The notes: generated by a model not told the origin, from the letters alone. A DNA stretch of 64,000 bases from Ilumatobacteraceae bacterium (GCA_025463265.1 JAOBWH010000171.1:114-64113), one strand, 5' to 3'. Shown: positions 53,860 to 64,000, counted from the first letter of the stretch. Numbers and translations: made by a program.

Positions 53860-54642
53860 ATGGTCGGCCGCGTGCGCCTCGCGACCTGGAACGTCAACTC
53901 GCTGAAGGCCCGGCTGTTCCGGGTGGAGGCCTGGCTCGACGAGGTCCAGCCCGATGTCGTCTGCCTCCAGGAGACCAAGCTCGCCGACGGCGCGTTCCCG
54001 TCGATGGCCTTCCAGTCGCTCGGCTACGAGTCGGTGCACCACGGGGAGGGGCGGTGGAACGGCGTGGCCATCTTGAGCCGGGTCGGGCTCGAGGATCCGC
54101 TGTTCGGCTTCGGCCCCGGCGACGACGATCCCGAGGCTCGGCTGGTGTGGGCCACGTGCGGCGGTATCCGGATCGCCAGCGTCTACGTGCCGAACGGCCG
54201 CTCGCTCGACGACGATCACTACCGGTACAAGCTGGCGTGGTTGGCGAAGCTCCGCACGCTGCTCGACCAACAGGGCGGCGCCTCCGACCCGATCGTGGTG
54301 GCGGGCGACTACAACATCGCCCCCACCGACGATGACGTGTACGACGCCGCCCGGTTCGTCGACTCCACCCACACCAGCGCGCCCGAGCGGGCCGCGCTGG
54401 CCGACCTGGAGTCGTGGGGCCTGGTCGACACCTTCCGCCGCCTCCAGCCCGAGCCGAAGCTGTTCAGCTGGTGGGACTACCGCGCCGGGGACTTCCACAA
54501 CCACCGCGGCATGCGGATCGATCTCGTGCTGGCCACCGAGCCCGTCGCCGAGCGGGCCCGGTTCGCCACCATCGACCGGCAGGCGCGCAAGGGCGAGAAG
54601 CCCTCGGACCACGCCCCCGTCATCATCGACCTGGCCGACTGA
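53860..54642 (+). CDS. xthA: Exodeoxyribonuclease III
   Basis: ATWNVNSLKAR, CLQETK, GDYNIAP and SDHAPV motifs. Start at 53860 or 53872. Confidence 0.9.
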   Translation: MVGRVRLATWNVNSLKARLFRVEAWLDEVQPDVVCLQETKLADGAFPSMAFQSLGYESVHHGEGRWNGVAILSRVGLEDPLFGFGPGDDDPEARLVWATCGGIRIASVYVPNGRSLDDDHYRYKLAWLAKLRTLLDQQGGASDPIVVAGDYNIAPTDDDVYDAARFVDSTHTSAPERAALADLESWGLVDTFRRLQPEPKLFSWWDYRAGDFHNHRGMRIDLVLATEPVAERARFATIDRQARKGEKPSDHAPVIIDLAD

Positions 54643-54671
54643 CCAGGCCGCCACCCACACCGGAGCCCCCC

Positions 54672-55424
54672 GTGAGCGACCAGCCTCCTCCGTTCGAGTA
54701 CCTGCCGAAGATGACCGGCGAGGCCGACCCGGAGCGGTTGGCCATGGTCACCAAGCGGCTCCGCGCCGCGGCCGCCGGCGATCTGTCGCCGCGCCGCGAG
54801 GCGCTGAAGGAGCTGGCCGACGCCGCGCGCGACCTGGTCGACCGGCTCGTGGCCACCGACGCACCCGATGACGTGATCGCAGCGGCCACCGCCGAGGTGG
54901 CGTCGGCGGCCGCCCGCTTCGAGGGCCACCACCAGGGATCGCTGTACGGGTTCTCCGAGATGGCCAACGCCGGCGGACGTCAGGACCCGCTCTACGACCA
55001 CAGCCCGCTGATCGGCATCGCCAACCCGCTCGCACCTCCCATGACGATCCGCGAGGAGGACGAGGTGATCGTGGCCGAGGTCGTGTTCGGCCAGGCCTAC
55101 GAGGGTCCGCCCGGGTGTGTGCACGGCGGGTACGTCGCCGCCGCGTTCGACGAGCTGCTCGGGGCCACCCAGTCGCTCTCCGGGGCGCCCGGCATGACCG
55201 GCACGCTCACCGTCCGCTACGAGTCGCCGACCCCGTTGAAGACGCTGCTGCGGATGGAGGGCCGGCTCGTCGGCGTCGAGCGCCGCAAGATCTTCACCGA
55301 GGGGTCGATCATCGTCGACGGCCACGTGACGGCCACGGCCAAGGGCACGTTCATCGCCATGCAGCCCGGCCAGTTCCTCGACCTGATCGCTGAGCGCCAG
55401 GCTCGAGGCGAAGCGATCCGCTGA
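54672..55424 (+). CDS. PaaI-family (hotdog) thioesterase with helical N-terminal extension
   Basis: GCVHGGYVAAAFDELLG motif in the C-terminal half. Confidence 0.7.
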   Translation: MSDQPPPFEYLPKMTGEADPERLAMVTKRLRAAAAGDLSPRREALKELADAARDLVDRLVATDAPDDVIAAATAEVASAAARFEGHHQGSLYGFSEMANAGGRQDPLYDHSPLIGIANPLAPPMTIREEDEVIVAEVVFGQAYEGPPGCVHGGYVAAAFDELLGATQSLSGAPGMTGTLTVRYESPTPLKTLLRMEGRLVGVERRKIFTEGSIIVDGHVTATAKGTFIAMQPGQFLDLIAERQARGEAIR

Positions 55425-55430
55425 CCCGAC

Positions 55431-55465
55431 GGCCGTCAGCCGTCGGCCGTCGGCCGTCGGCCCTC
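55431..55465. repeat. 7-bp tandem repeat (ggccgtc x5, two imperfect copies)
   Basis: Read directly. Spans the stop and last codons of the minus-strand gene 55436-55945 and part of the 11-nt intergenic gap. Confidence 0.9.
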
Positions 55466-55945
55466 GATGAACGCGTCGACGAGCGCCGCCTCCTCGGCGA
55501 GGTACTCCTGGAGGCCCTCCACCACGGCCTTCTCGACCCGGCCCCCCACCAGCGGTGCGCGCACCTTGACCTCACCGGTGAGCGTGCGCGAGGCGCCGTC
55601 GCCGTCCGCCTCCGTCCGGGTGCGCCCGCCGGCGGAGAATCGGTCGCCGTAGTTGTCGGGGACGAGGCGGAACGTGGCGGTCCCGGCGGCGAGATCGAAC
55701 ACGGACTCCTGGACCCAGGACAGCTTGCTCGGATCGATGGCGGCGGCGACCGCCGGCGAGAACTCCCGCAGGAACATCACGTGCACGTCGAGGCGCACCG
55801 TGTCGCCGTCTCGCTGGTGGCTCCGGACCTCCATGCGGCCGAGGTTCGGCAGACCGACGAGCGTGGGGTAGAGCGCAGGATCGGCGTACGCGCCGTCGAC
55901 CGATCGGGGGTCGTGGCGGAAGTGCTGGCTGATCTCGAAGCGCAC
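55436..55945 (-). CDS. SRPBCC-superfamily protein (DUF2505-like)
   Basis: 169 aa with an actinobacterial DUF2505-like pattern. Weak family call; strong coding signal. Confidence 0.55.
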   Translation of the reverse strand: MRFEISQHFRHDPRSVDGAYADPALYPTLVGLPNLGRMEVRSHQRDGDTVRLDVHVMFLREFSPAVAAAIDPSKLSWVQESVFDLAAGTATFRLVPDNYGDRFSAGGRTRTEADGDGASRTLTGEVKVRAPLVGGRVEKAVVEGLQEYLAEEAALVDAFIEGRRPTADG

Positions 55946-55971
55946 GCGCGTCCTCCGGTGGGGTGGTGCGG

Positions 55972-58140
55972 TCAGGTGCCGGTGAGCGGATCGGTCGCAG
56001 CATCGTGGCCGCGACGAGCATCGCCGGTGATGATGGCGAGCAACCTAGCGCCGTGCTGCTCGCGCGTGGACGGGCCGATGTCGCGGACGGCGGCGAGCTC
56101 GTCGACCGTGGCCGGACGGGTGCGGACCAGCGCCTCGACCGCCTTGTCCGAGAGCACGACGGTGGGGCGCACCGCGGCCCGGCGGGCCACCTCGGCCCGC
56201 CACCCCTGGAGCGCCGAGCGCACGAGGTGGGCTTCGTGGATGGGGCGATCGCCGAGGTCGACGCGCTCGAGCTCGGCCCGTGTCGCGGCGACCGCGGTGA
56301 CGGGGTCGTCGGCGCGCACCGTCTCACGCGCCAGCTCGCCAGCGGCGCTGCGGATCCAGCCGAGGTACGACGACGGCTTGCGGTCGACGGTCTGGGCGCC
56401 GAACGTGCGCTGCTCGGCCCAGGTGCACCGCAGCACGTCGGCGGCGCGGGTGACCGCCACGTAGAAGAGGCGCTGCTCCTCCTCCCGCTCGGCGGGGGCC
56501 TTGGCGTGGCTGATCGGGACGTATCCGGCCTCGATGCCGGCGAGGTGGACCACCGGCCACTCCAGGCCCTTGGCCGCGTGGAACGTGAGGATGCTCACCG
56601 CGTCGGCCGCCTCCGGGCCCTCCTCGCGGAGCGTGGCCCGGAGCCAGCCGCTGAACCCCTCGGTCCGTGCGGCCGGGTCCACGACGAGCAGGTCGCGGCC
56701 GAGGCGCAGCACCTGCTCGAGCGAGGCGATCTTGCGGCCGGCTGCGGTGGTCTCGTCGATGAGCGGCCCCGGTGCGGCGGGGCCGTCGAGCGCATCGGGG
56801 TCCACGTCGTCCAAGCCGTGCTCGTCGAGCCGGTCCTCGAGTGCCTCGAGCAGGTTGGCGCGCTGGGTCTCGATGGACGACTCCAGGTCTGCGAGCGTGG
56901 TGGCCAGGGGCTCTCGCAGCTTGTCGAGGCGGCCGAGCAGCTCGCGCACCTCGGGGTCGTCGAGCAGCTGCGCCGCCCCGCGGACCCGGTGGGGGATGGC
57001 CGCCCGGCGGAACGCTGCCTCGATCACGGAGGTCTGGGCGTTGGTGCGGACGAGCACGGCCTGCGCCGACCAGGGACGGCCCGGGCGGTGGTTGTCGTGC
57101 ACGGCCCGGGTGATGCCGTTGGCCTCGTCGAGGTCGGTGGCGTATCCGACGATGGTGGGCACGGGACCGTCGGACCGGTGGGGCTGGAGGTCGTGGCGAG
57201 CGCCGGCCCGGCCGCCGGCGAGGACGGCAGCCGCCGTGTGGAGGATCTGGGGGGTGGACCGGTACGAGTGCTCGAGGTGGACCACCTCGGCGCCGGGATG
57301 GTGCCGGGCGAAGTCGACCAGGAAGGTCGGCTCGGCGCCGTTCCACGAGTAGATCGCCTGGTTCGGGTCGCCCACCACGGCCAGGTCGGGCCGATCGCCG
57401 AGCCAGGCTCGCAGGAGGTGCTCCTGCAGCGGGTTGACGTCCTGGTACTCGTCGACGAACAGGTGCCGGAACCGCCAGCGCTGGGCGGCCGCGAACGACG
57501 GGTCGGTGGCGATGGCGTCGGCGCACTGGCCGAGCAGGTCGTCGAAGTCGACGAGGCCGCGCTTGCGCTTCTCCGCCTCGTAGCGGCGGAACCACTCGGC
57601 GATCCGCTCTGGCTCGACCGGAAGGCGGCGGTCGGCCTGGGCCGCGGCGATGGGGTAGCGGTCCGGGCCCACCAGACGGGACTTCGCCCACTCGATCTCG
57701 GCGGCGAGGTCCGATGGTGTGAACCGGGTGGTGCCGCCGAGGATGCGGCCCAGGACCCGGCCCTTGCGGTCGAGCAGGGTCGGTGCCGCCTGACCGGCCG
57801 ACGCCCAGCGGGTGCGCAGCTGGGCGTACGCCACGGCGTGGAACGTGCCGGCGGCCGGCAGGTCCCGCAAGCCGAACGCCCGCAGCCGGCTGTCGAGCTC
57901 GGCCGCGGCCTTGCGGGTGAAGGTGAGCGCCAGGACGTGCCGGGCGTCGGCGCTGCCCGTGGCGCACCGGTGGGCGATGCGCCGGGTGAGGACCCGGGTC
58001 TTGCCGGATCCGGCCCCGGCGAGGATGGCCAGCGGCTGGGCCTCGGTGGTGACGGCCCGTCGCTGCGACGGGTCCAGTCCGTCGAGCAGGCGGTCGCGGT
58101 CCACCCGGTGAGCGTAGGTGGCGACCGCACCTGACGTCAC
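55972..58140 (-). CDS. UvrD/PcrA-family ATP-dependent DNA helicase with C-terminal HRDC domain (UvrD2-like)
   Basis: Motif I AGAGSGKTRVLT, motif II FVDEYQD and motif VI VAVTRA. C-terminal HRDC-like region (VLSDKAVEALVRTRPATVDELAAVRDIGPSTREQHGARLL). Confidence 0.88.
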   Translation of the reverse strand: MTSGAVATYAHRVDRDRLLDGLDPSQRRAVTTEAQPLAILAGAGSGKTRVLTRRIAHRCATGSADARHVLALTFTRKAAAELDSRLRAFGLRDLPAAGTFHAVAYAQLRTRWASAGQAAPTLLDRKGRVLGRILGGTTRFTPSDLAAEIEWAKSRLVGPDRYPIAAAQADRRLPVEPERIAEWFRRYEAEKRKRGLVDFDDLLGQCADAIATDPSFAAAQRWRFRHLFVDEYQDVNPLQEHLLRAWLGDRPDLAVVGDPNQAIYSWNGAEPTFLVDFARHHPGAEVVHLEHSYRSTPQILHTAAAVLAGGRAGARHDLQPHRSDGPVPTIVGYATDLDEANGITRAVHDNHRPGRPWSAQAVLVRTNAQTSVIEAAFRRAAIPHRVRGAAQLLDDPEVRELLGRLDKLREPLATTLADLESSIETQRANLLEALEDRLDEHGLDDVDPDALDGPAAPGPLIDETTAAGRKIASLEQVLRLGRDLLVVDPAARTEGFSGWLRATLREEGPEAADAVSILTFHAAKGLEWPVVHLAGIEAGYVPISHAKAPAEREEEQRLFYVAVTRAADVLRCTWAEQRTFGAQTVDRKPSSYLGWIRSAAGELARETVRADDPVTAVAATRAELERVDLGDRPIHEAHLVRSALQGWRAEVARRAAVRPTVVLSDKAVEALVRTRPATVDELAAVRDIGPSTREQHGARLLAIITGDARRGHDAATDPLTGT

Positions 58141-58175
58141 CGAACCCCAGGTGACGGCAGGCGTACACTCACGCC

Positions 58176-58847
58176 GTGGCCTTTCCTCCGAAGCTCCTCA
58201 ACGATGGTGAAGAGATCGTGTTGGACCTGCGTCCGCACTGGCTCTTCATGGCGCTCTCCTCGGGCGTGTTCCTCGCGGTGATCGTGGCCGGCCTGGGCCT
58301 GCTCGCCTGGAACTCGGGGGGCACCAACTGGGAGTGGTTCGAGACCAGCACGCGCGTGTTGTCGCTGGGCGCCTTCTTGTTCTGCCTGGCCTGGTTCCTC
58401 ATCACCTACGCCCGCTGGAACACCACGCACTTCGTGCTCACCACCGACCGGATCATCAACCGGGAGGGCGTCATCTCCAAGCGGGGCACCGACATCCCGC
58501 TCGACCGGGTCAACACGGTGCTGTTCAGCCAGGGTCCGCTCGAGCGCCTGGTCGGCGCCGGTGACCTGACGGTGGAGTCCGCCAGCGAGACCGGGGCCAA
58601 CCACTTCGAGAACGTGCGGAAGCCGAACGTGGTGCAGAAGGAGATCTACGTCCAGATGGAGGCCAACGAGGATCGCAAGTTCGGGCGCATGCGCGGCCCG
58701 AACGATGGCCATCCCGCTCCCGTGGACGCCACCAAGGCCCACACGATCCCCGAGCAGATCGACCAGCTGTCCGAGCTCCACCAGCGCGGCGTGCTGAGCG
58801 ATGCTGAGTTCGCCCGCAAGAAGGCCGAACTGCTCGACCGGATGTGA
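58176..58847 (+). CDS. Membrane protein with bacterial PH (bPH_2/YdbT-like) domain and C-terminal SHOCT motif
   Basis: Two TM followed by NTTHFVLTTDRIINREGVISKRGTDIPLDRVNTV (bPH_2-like). C-terminal LSELHQRGVLSDAEFARKKAELL (SHOCT). Confidence 0.7.
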   Translation: MAFPPKLLNDGEEIVLDLRPHWLFMALSSGVFLAVIVAGLGLLAWNSGGTNWEWFETSTRVLSLGAFLFCLAWFLITYARWNTTHFVLTTDRIINREGVISKRGTDIPLDRVNTVLFSQGPLERLVGAGDLTVESASETGANHFENVRKPNVVQKEIYVQMEANEDRKFGRMRGPNDGHPAPVDATKAHTIPEQIDQLSELHQRGVLSDAEFARKKAELLDRM

Positions 58848-59545
58848 GCGGCCGCCGACCCCTGCGGGTGGTCAGCCTGGTCCCGTCGGTCACCGAGACG
58901 CTGCTCGCCTGGGGCATCGAGCCCGTTGCCTGCACGCGCTTCTGCGAACAGCCCGGGATCCGATCGGTCGGGGGCACCAAGAACCCCGAGGTCGACGACA
59001 TCGTGGCGCTCGCTCCCGACCTGGTCGTGATGAACGACGAGGAGAACCGGCGAGAGGATGCCGACGCGCTGCGCGTCGCCGGCCTGGCCGTGCACGCCTG
59101 CTCACCGCGCATGGTCGACGAGGTCGCGCCGGCCCTGGTGTCGCTGTCGGCCGAGGTCGGTGCCGGCGCCGCGGTCGAGGCGGCGGACGAGGTGCTCCCG
59201 CCTCTCGGGCTGCGCGCGTTCATCCCCATCTGGCGCCGCCCGTGGATGACCCTCGCCGGCGACACCTACGGCTCGTCGCTCCTGGCCTCGATCGGCGTGG
59301 ACAACGCGTTCGGCGCTGCGGGCGACCGCTACCCCACGGTGGAGCTGGCCGACGTGGCCGAGCGCGGTGCCGATGTCGTGCTGGCGCCCACCGAGCCGTA
59401 CGCGTTCACGCCCCTCCACCTGGACGCGTTCCGCCCGATCGCCCCGGTCGTGGAGGTCGACGGCCAGGACCTGTTCTGGTGGGGCGTCCGCACGCCGGGC
59501 GCCCGACGCCGGCTCCACCACGCGATCGCCGCGGCGCGCTCGTAG
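58844..59545 (+). CDS. Helical-backbone (class III, BtuF/TroA-like) binding-protein homolog lacking a signal peptide
   Basis: LRVVSLVPSVTETLLAWG and PDLVV motifs typical of cluster A binding proteins. No hydrophobic leader. GTGA overlap with the preceding gene. Confidence 0.6.
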   Translation: MSGRRPLRVVSLVPSVTETLLAWGIEPVACTRFCEQPGIRSVGGTKNPEVDDIVALAPDLVVMNDEENRREDADALRVAGLAVHACSPRMVDEVAPALVSLSAEVGAGAAVEAADEVLPPLGLRAFIPIWRRPWMTLAGDTYGSSLLASIGVDNAFGAAGDRYPTVELADVAERGADVVLAPTEPYAFTPLHLDAFRPIAPVVEVDGQDLFWWGVRTPGARRRLHHAIAAARS

Positions 59546-59546
59546 C

Positions 59547-60550
<1,004 letters not shown>

Positions 60551-60554
<4 letters not shown>

Positions 60555-61408
60555 GGCACCGCCGATCGCAGGTTGGCCGCAGCCTCCTCCGGCGGGACCG
60601 GGTTCAGGTAGGCGCCGCTCCCGAGCTCCGCGCCGGCCACGTAGCGCATGACGCCGGGCGAGCGGTGGGGGCCGGCGATCTCGACGTGCATCCAGGCCTG
60701 GGGCCAGCCACCGCCGTCGAAGGGGCGCTGGTGGACCCAGAACGTGTACGGCATGGGTGGGTCGAACACGTGCTCGAGGCGGCGCAGGGCCTCGGTGAAC
60801 ACCGAGCCGAACGCGTCGCGCTCGGCATCGTCGAGCGAGGGCAGATCGGGTCGCCGGTCCAGCGGTGCCACCCGCAGCCCGTAGGGGTAGATCGGTGCGG
60901 ACGGGACCCAGGCCCGCCAGCCGTCCCGCTCGATGACGGTCAGCTCGGGACGGTCGTCCTCCAGCAGGCGGTGGCCGTCGGCCAGCCGGGCCAGCTCGGT
61001 GGCCGGCAGGGCGGGGACATCGGGATAGCTGTAGATCTGGCCGTGCGGATGGGCGATGGTGGCGCCCACCGCTTCGCCGTTGTTCTCGAACACCAGCACG
61101 TAGGCGAGGTCGTCCCGGGCGCCGAGCGCCGCGGTGCGCTCGGCCCACAGGTCCACCACGAGGCGCACGTGGTGGCCCGGGAGGTGCGGGAGCCGCGCGT
61201 CGTGGTCCGGGGCGTAGAGCACCACCTCGCACCGCTCGTCGGGGAACGAGGGCCACCGGTTGGTGAACGCCTTGACCACGTAGGGGTCGGGCGCCTCGGT
61301 CCCGCCCACGCAGAACGGGCAGCCGGAGGTCGGCCGGTTCGGCCGCGCCTGCCGCGACCCGGTCACCTGCACCTGCACCCCCGTCAACGGGTCGATCCGC
61401 AGCTCCAT
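60551..61408 (-). CDS. galT: Galactose-1-phosphate uridylyltransferase
   Basis: CPFC zinc motif and the HPHGQIY active-site motif. 4-nt overlap with galK. Confidence 0.85.
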
Positions 61409-61485
61409 GCCTGGAACCTATGCGCCGCGTAGAGTGCGGCCCGGACGCGGCGGCGCAGGGTCGGCGGGGGGAACGGAGAACAGAG

Positions 61486-63669
61486 ATGGCTCGTCTGGTG
61501 CGCATGCTCGTCGCGATCGCGGTGCTGGTGGGGGTGATGGCCACCGCCTCGCTCGCGGCCGCGCCCGCCTCGGCGGAGGTCACCTACGGCGACATCGCGG
61601 TCGATGACGTCGGCGGCCACGTCTTCGTCACCTACGGCGACACCGTCCGCGTCTACGACCTCGAGGGGGCCTACCTGGCGTCCATCCCCGACCAGCTCGG
61701 TGCGAGCGACCTCCAGCTGCGCGGCCGGACGCTGTACGTCCTCGCCCAGTCGGCGTCCCGGGTCAACAAGATCGACGCCGACACCCTCGCGATGACCGGC
61801 GGGTGGTCGCTCTCCTCGTTCGCCCCGGTGACGTCGATCACCTGGACGAACTCCCGCATCTGGTTCAGCTACGGCGGGGCGACCGACGGGGGGATCGGGT
61901 CGCTCGACCCCGCTACCGGGACCGTGGTCGCCAACGAGATGGGTGCGCTCTACTCCGGCGGCGACATCTCCGGCACCGAGTCGCCGGCCCGGGTGTACGT
62001 GCTGGACCGAGGCAGCAGCCCGAGCAAGATCCACAAGTTCGACATCACCACCAACCCGCCCACGTTCGTGACGTCGAGCCCGCACTCGAACGCGTGCAGC
62101 AACGGCCGGGAGCTCGCCCTCGCCCCCGACGGCACCAAGGCGTGGACGGCGTGCGGGTCCCCCTACAAGTTCAACGAGTTCGACCCGGCGGTCCTCGGCG
62201 AGCCCACGAAGAACTACCCGGCCACCAACTACCCGGCGGCGGTGGCCGTGAGCGCCGACGGCGGGTACCTGGTGGGCGGCACCGACTCCATCTACGGCTT
62301 GGACGTGTGGCTGTACCGCGTGGGCACCTACAGCACCCTCCGCTCGTTCGAGCTCGGCGACCAGACCACCGTGGTCGACGGCATGGTCGCCGTGTCGAAC
62401 GGCGGCGTGCACGTGTACGCGGTCGGCTCCGACGGCGCGCTGCGGACCTGGACGCTGGCACCCCGCATCACCGTCATCAGCCCGAACCACGTCACCGAGG
62501 GGACCACGACCCAGGTGACGATCACGGGCACCGCGCTCGGCGACGTCACCAGCGCATCGGTGGGCGGCACGACCGTCACCCCGACCGTCGTGAGCGACAC
62601 CGCGGTGAAGATCACCGTGCCCGCCGGGCTGACGGTCGGGAGCAAGGCCGTGGTGCTCACCAGCGCCTGGGGCTCCACCCTGCCCGGCGCCGCCGCCGCC
62701 GTCACCGTGGATCCCCAGAAGCCGGGGACGCCGGAGCCGCCGGTCGTCACGGGCAAGGGCGAGCGCAGCCTGACGGTGAGCTGGACCGCTCCCGCAGACC
62801 ACGGCCACCCGATCACCGGGTACACGCTGCGCGTGTACGAGGAGGAGGCGACCGATCCGCTGGAGGCGCGGGCCGTCACCGGGACCTCGGCCGTGGTCAG
62901 CGGCCTGGTGTCCGAGCAGGGCTACCGCTTCACGGTGGCTGCGACGAGCAGCGCGGGGACCGGCGGCACCTCGGCCCCGTCCGACCTGGGCTTCGCCGGC
63001 ATCCCCGACCTGGGTCCGCACCTCACGCTCAGCGCCTTCGTGACCCAGCAGCACCTCGACCTGGTGGGCCGGGCCCCGAGCACCGCCGAGCGGTCCGCCG
63101 CGACCGACGCCCTCGCCAGGGGCGACGTGTCGCCCGAGGGCCTCGTCGTGGCGCTGCGGCGCGGTCCCGACGCCCTGGCCTCGGTCGACCCGATGGCCCG
63201 GCTGTACCGGGCGACGTTCCTGCGCATCCCCGACCGCTCCGGCCTCGACTACTGGATCGCCAAGAAGCGCAAGGGCGCCAAGCTCACCGCCATCGCCGAG
63301 AGCTTCGCCCGGTCATCGGAGTTCACCCGCCGCTACGGCTCGCTCACCGACCGGAAGTACGTCGAGCGCCTCTACCTCAACGTGCTCGGACGGGCCGGAG
63401 ACGCAGGAGGCATCGAGTACTGGACGGGCAAGCTCACGCGGAAGGTGAGCACCCGCGGCCAGGTCCTCGTCGGCATGTCGGAGTCCAACGAGTACAAGCG
63501 CACGCAGGCCTCGGAGGTCGACGTGGCGGTGCTGTACGTCGCGCTGCTCCGGCGGGCCCCGACGTCGAGCGAGTTCACCGCTGCGGTGGCGGACCTCGAC
63601 GGCGGCGGTTCGGCCGCGGAACTGGCCAGGAGCCTCCTCGACAGCGCCGGGTACGCCGCCCGGTTCTGA
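61486..63669 (+). CDS. Secreted multidomain protein: beta-propeller-like region, IPT/TIG, fibronectin type III, two DUF4214-like repeats
   Basis: Signal peptide AAAPASA/E. IPT-like PRITVISPNHV...ITGTALG. FN3 (SLTVSWTAPADHGHPITGYTLRVYE...GYRFTVAA). DUF4214-like YVERLYLNVLGRAGDAGGIEYW. Confidence 0.75.
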   Translation: MARLVRMLVAIAVLVGVMATASLAAAPASAEVTYGDIAVDDVGGHVFVTYGDTVRVYDLEGAYLASIPDQLGASDLQLRGRTLYVLAQSASRVNKIDADTLAMTGGWSLSSFAPVTSITWTNSRIWFSYGGATDGGIGSLDPATGTVVANEMGALYSGGDISGTESPARVYVLDRGSSPSKIHKFDITTNPPTFVTSSPHSNACSNGRELALAPDGTKAWTACGSPYKFNEFDPAVLGEPTKNYPATNYPAAVAVSADGGYLVGGTDSIYGLDVWLYRVGTYSTLRSFELGDQTTVVDGMVAVSNGGVHVYAVGSDGALRTWTLAPRITVISPNHVTEGTTTQVTITGTALGDVTSASVGGTTVTPTVVSDTAVKITVPAGLTVGSKAVVLTSAWGSTLPGAAAAVTVDPQKPGTPEPPVVTGKGERSLTVSWTAPADHGHPITGYTLRVYEEEATDPLEARAVTGTSAVVSGLVSEQGYRFTVAATSSAGTGGTSAPSDLGFAGIPDLGPHLTLSAFVTQQHLDLVGRAPSTAERSAATDALARGDVSPEGLVVALRRGPDALASVDPMARLYRATFLRIPDRSGLDYWIAKKRKGAKLTAIAESFARSSEFTRRYGSLTDRKYVERLYLNVLGRAGDAGGIEYWTGKLTRKVSTRGQVLVGMSESNEYKRTQASEVDVAVLYVALLRRAPTSSEFTAAVADLDGGGSAAELARSLLDSAGYAARF

Positions 63670-63728
63670 ATCCCGGGCCCACCCCGGATCCGAGCGATCC
63701 GAGGGTCGGCCGGTAGCGTTGCCGGGCC

Positions 63729-64000
63729 ATGTCGCAGTACCACCTGGTCACCCTCGGGTGCCCCAAGAACGAGGTCGATTCGGAGAAGCTCGTCGGCCAG
63801 CTGGGCGCCGACGGCTTCACCGCGACCGACGACCCGGACCAGGCGCAGCTGCTGGTCGTCAACACGTGCGCGTTCATCGGCGAGGCTCGCCAGGAGTCGA
63901 TCGACACGATCCTCGCCCTCGCCGAGCACAAGGGAGACGGGGCCCGGCTGGTGGTCACCGGCTGCATGGCCGAGCGCTACGGCGACGAGCTCTCCGACGT
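63729..64000 (+). CDS. rimO: Ribosomal protein S12 methylthiotransferase RimO (MiaB family), N-terminal fragment continuing past the window
   Basis: The VTLGCPKNEVDSE and VVNTCAF motifs of the UPF0004 N-domain. Confidence 0.8.
   Translation, partial: MSQYHLVTLGCPKNEVDSEKLVGQLGADGFTATDDPDQAQLLVVNTCAFIGEARQESIDTILALAEHKGDGARLVVTGCMAERYGDELSD

Noticed and set aside
55963-58168. 723-aa + ORF and 614-aa/368-aa minus-strand off-frame ORFs over the helicase
   Set aside because: Shadow ORFs. Only the 55972-58140 minus frame carries the SF1 helicase motifs.
61384-63716. 556-aa minus-strand and 637-aa + off-frame ORFs over the secreted multidomain gene
   Set aside because: Shadow ORFs with R/G/P/H-rich low-complexity sequence.

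Overview
High-GC (about 70%) chromosomal segment, almost fully coding: about 68 CDS and one tRNA. It comes from an Actinomycetota genome. This is supported by the mycothiol genes mscR and mshD, a WhiB-family regulator, the PdtaR-polA neighbourhood and GlbO. The lower rank cannot be determined from sequence alone.

Content, in order:
1. A Tad/Flp pilus locus: cpaB fragment, tadZ, tadA, a vWA::tadB fusion, tadC, a large polytopic membrane protein, then flp. It sits beside a LuxR/HisKA_3 two-component pair.
2. coaE, then the mycothiol-dependent formaldehyde detoxification pair (mscR plus an MBL hydrolase). Two paralogous acyl-CoA synthetases flank a membrane protein with IF2_N-like and septum-formation domains. 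VIT, MaoC and nucleotidyltransferase genes follow.
3. A secreted FG-GAP-like propeller protein, then rlmN, mshD and nth.
4. A his-trp supercluster in the order hisD-C-B-H / hisA / hisF-I-trpE / trpC / trpF-B-A. It is interrupted by opposite-strand genes, a YgfZ plus J-domain pair, and a PCuAC-SCO-CtaG copper module.
5. A redox group (HIT-like, glbO, bcp), tRNA-Leu(CAA), malQ, pdtaR-like, whiB-like and polA.
6. An unusual protein combining an NYN RNase, an S1 domain and a PAKKA-repeat tail, followed by xthA, a UvrD2-like helicase, galT-galK, a large secreted multidomain protein and the start of rimO.

I found no transposase, integrase, prophage, CRISPR array or recognisable defence system.

The observations most worth following up are:
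- the vWA::TadB fusion and the non-canonical content of the tad locus;
- the NYN-S1-PAKKA protein;
- an acyl-CoA synthetase whose conserved N-terminus has no in-frame start and lies behind a C9/G9 homopolymer;
- a candidate small RNA or leader, with a perfect intrinsic terminator, upstream of the his operon.

All functional calls come from motif recognition by eye. No database search was run.
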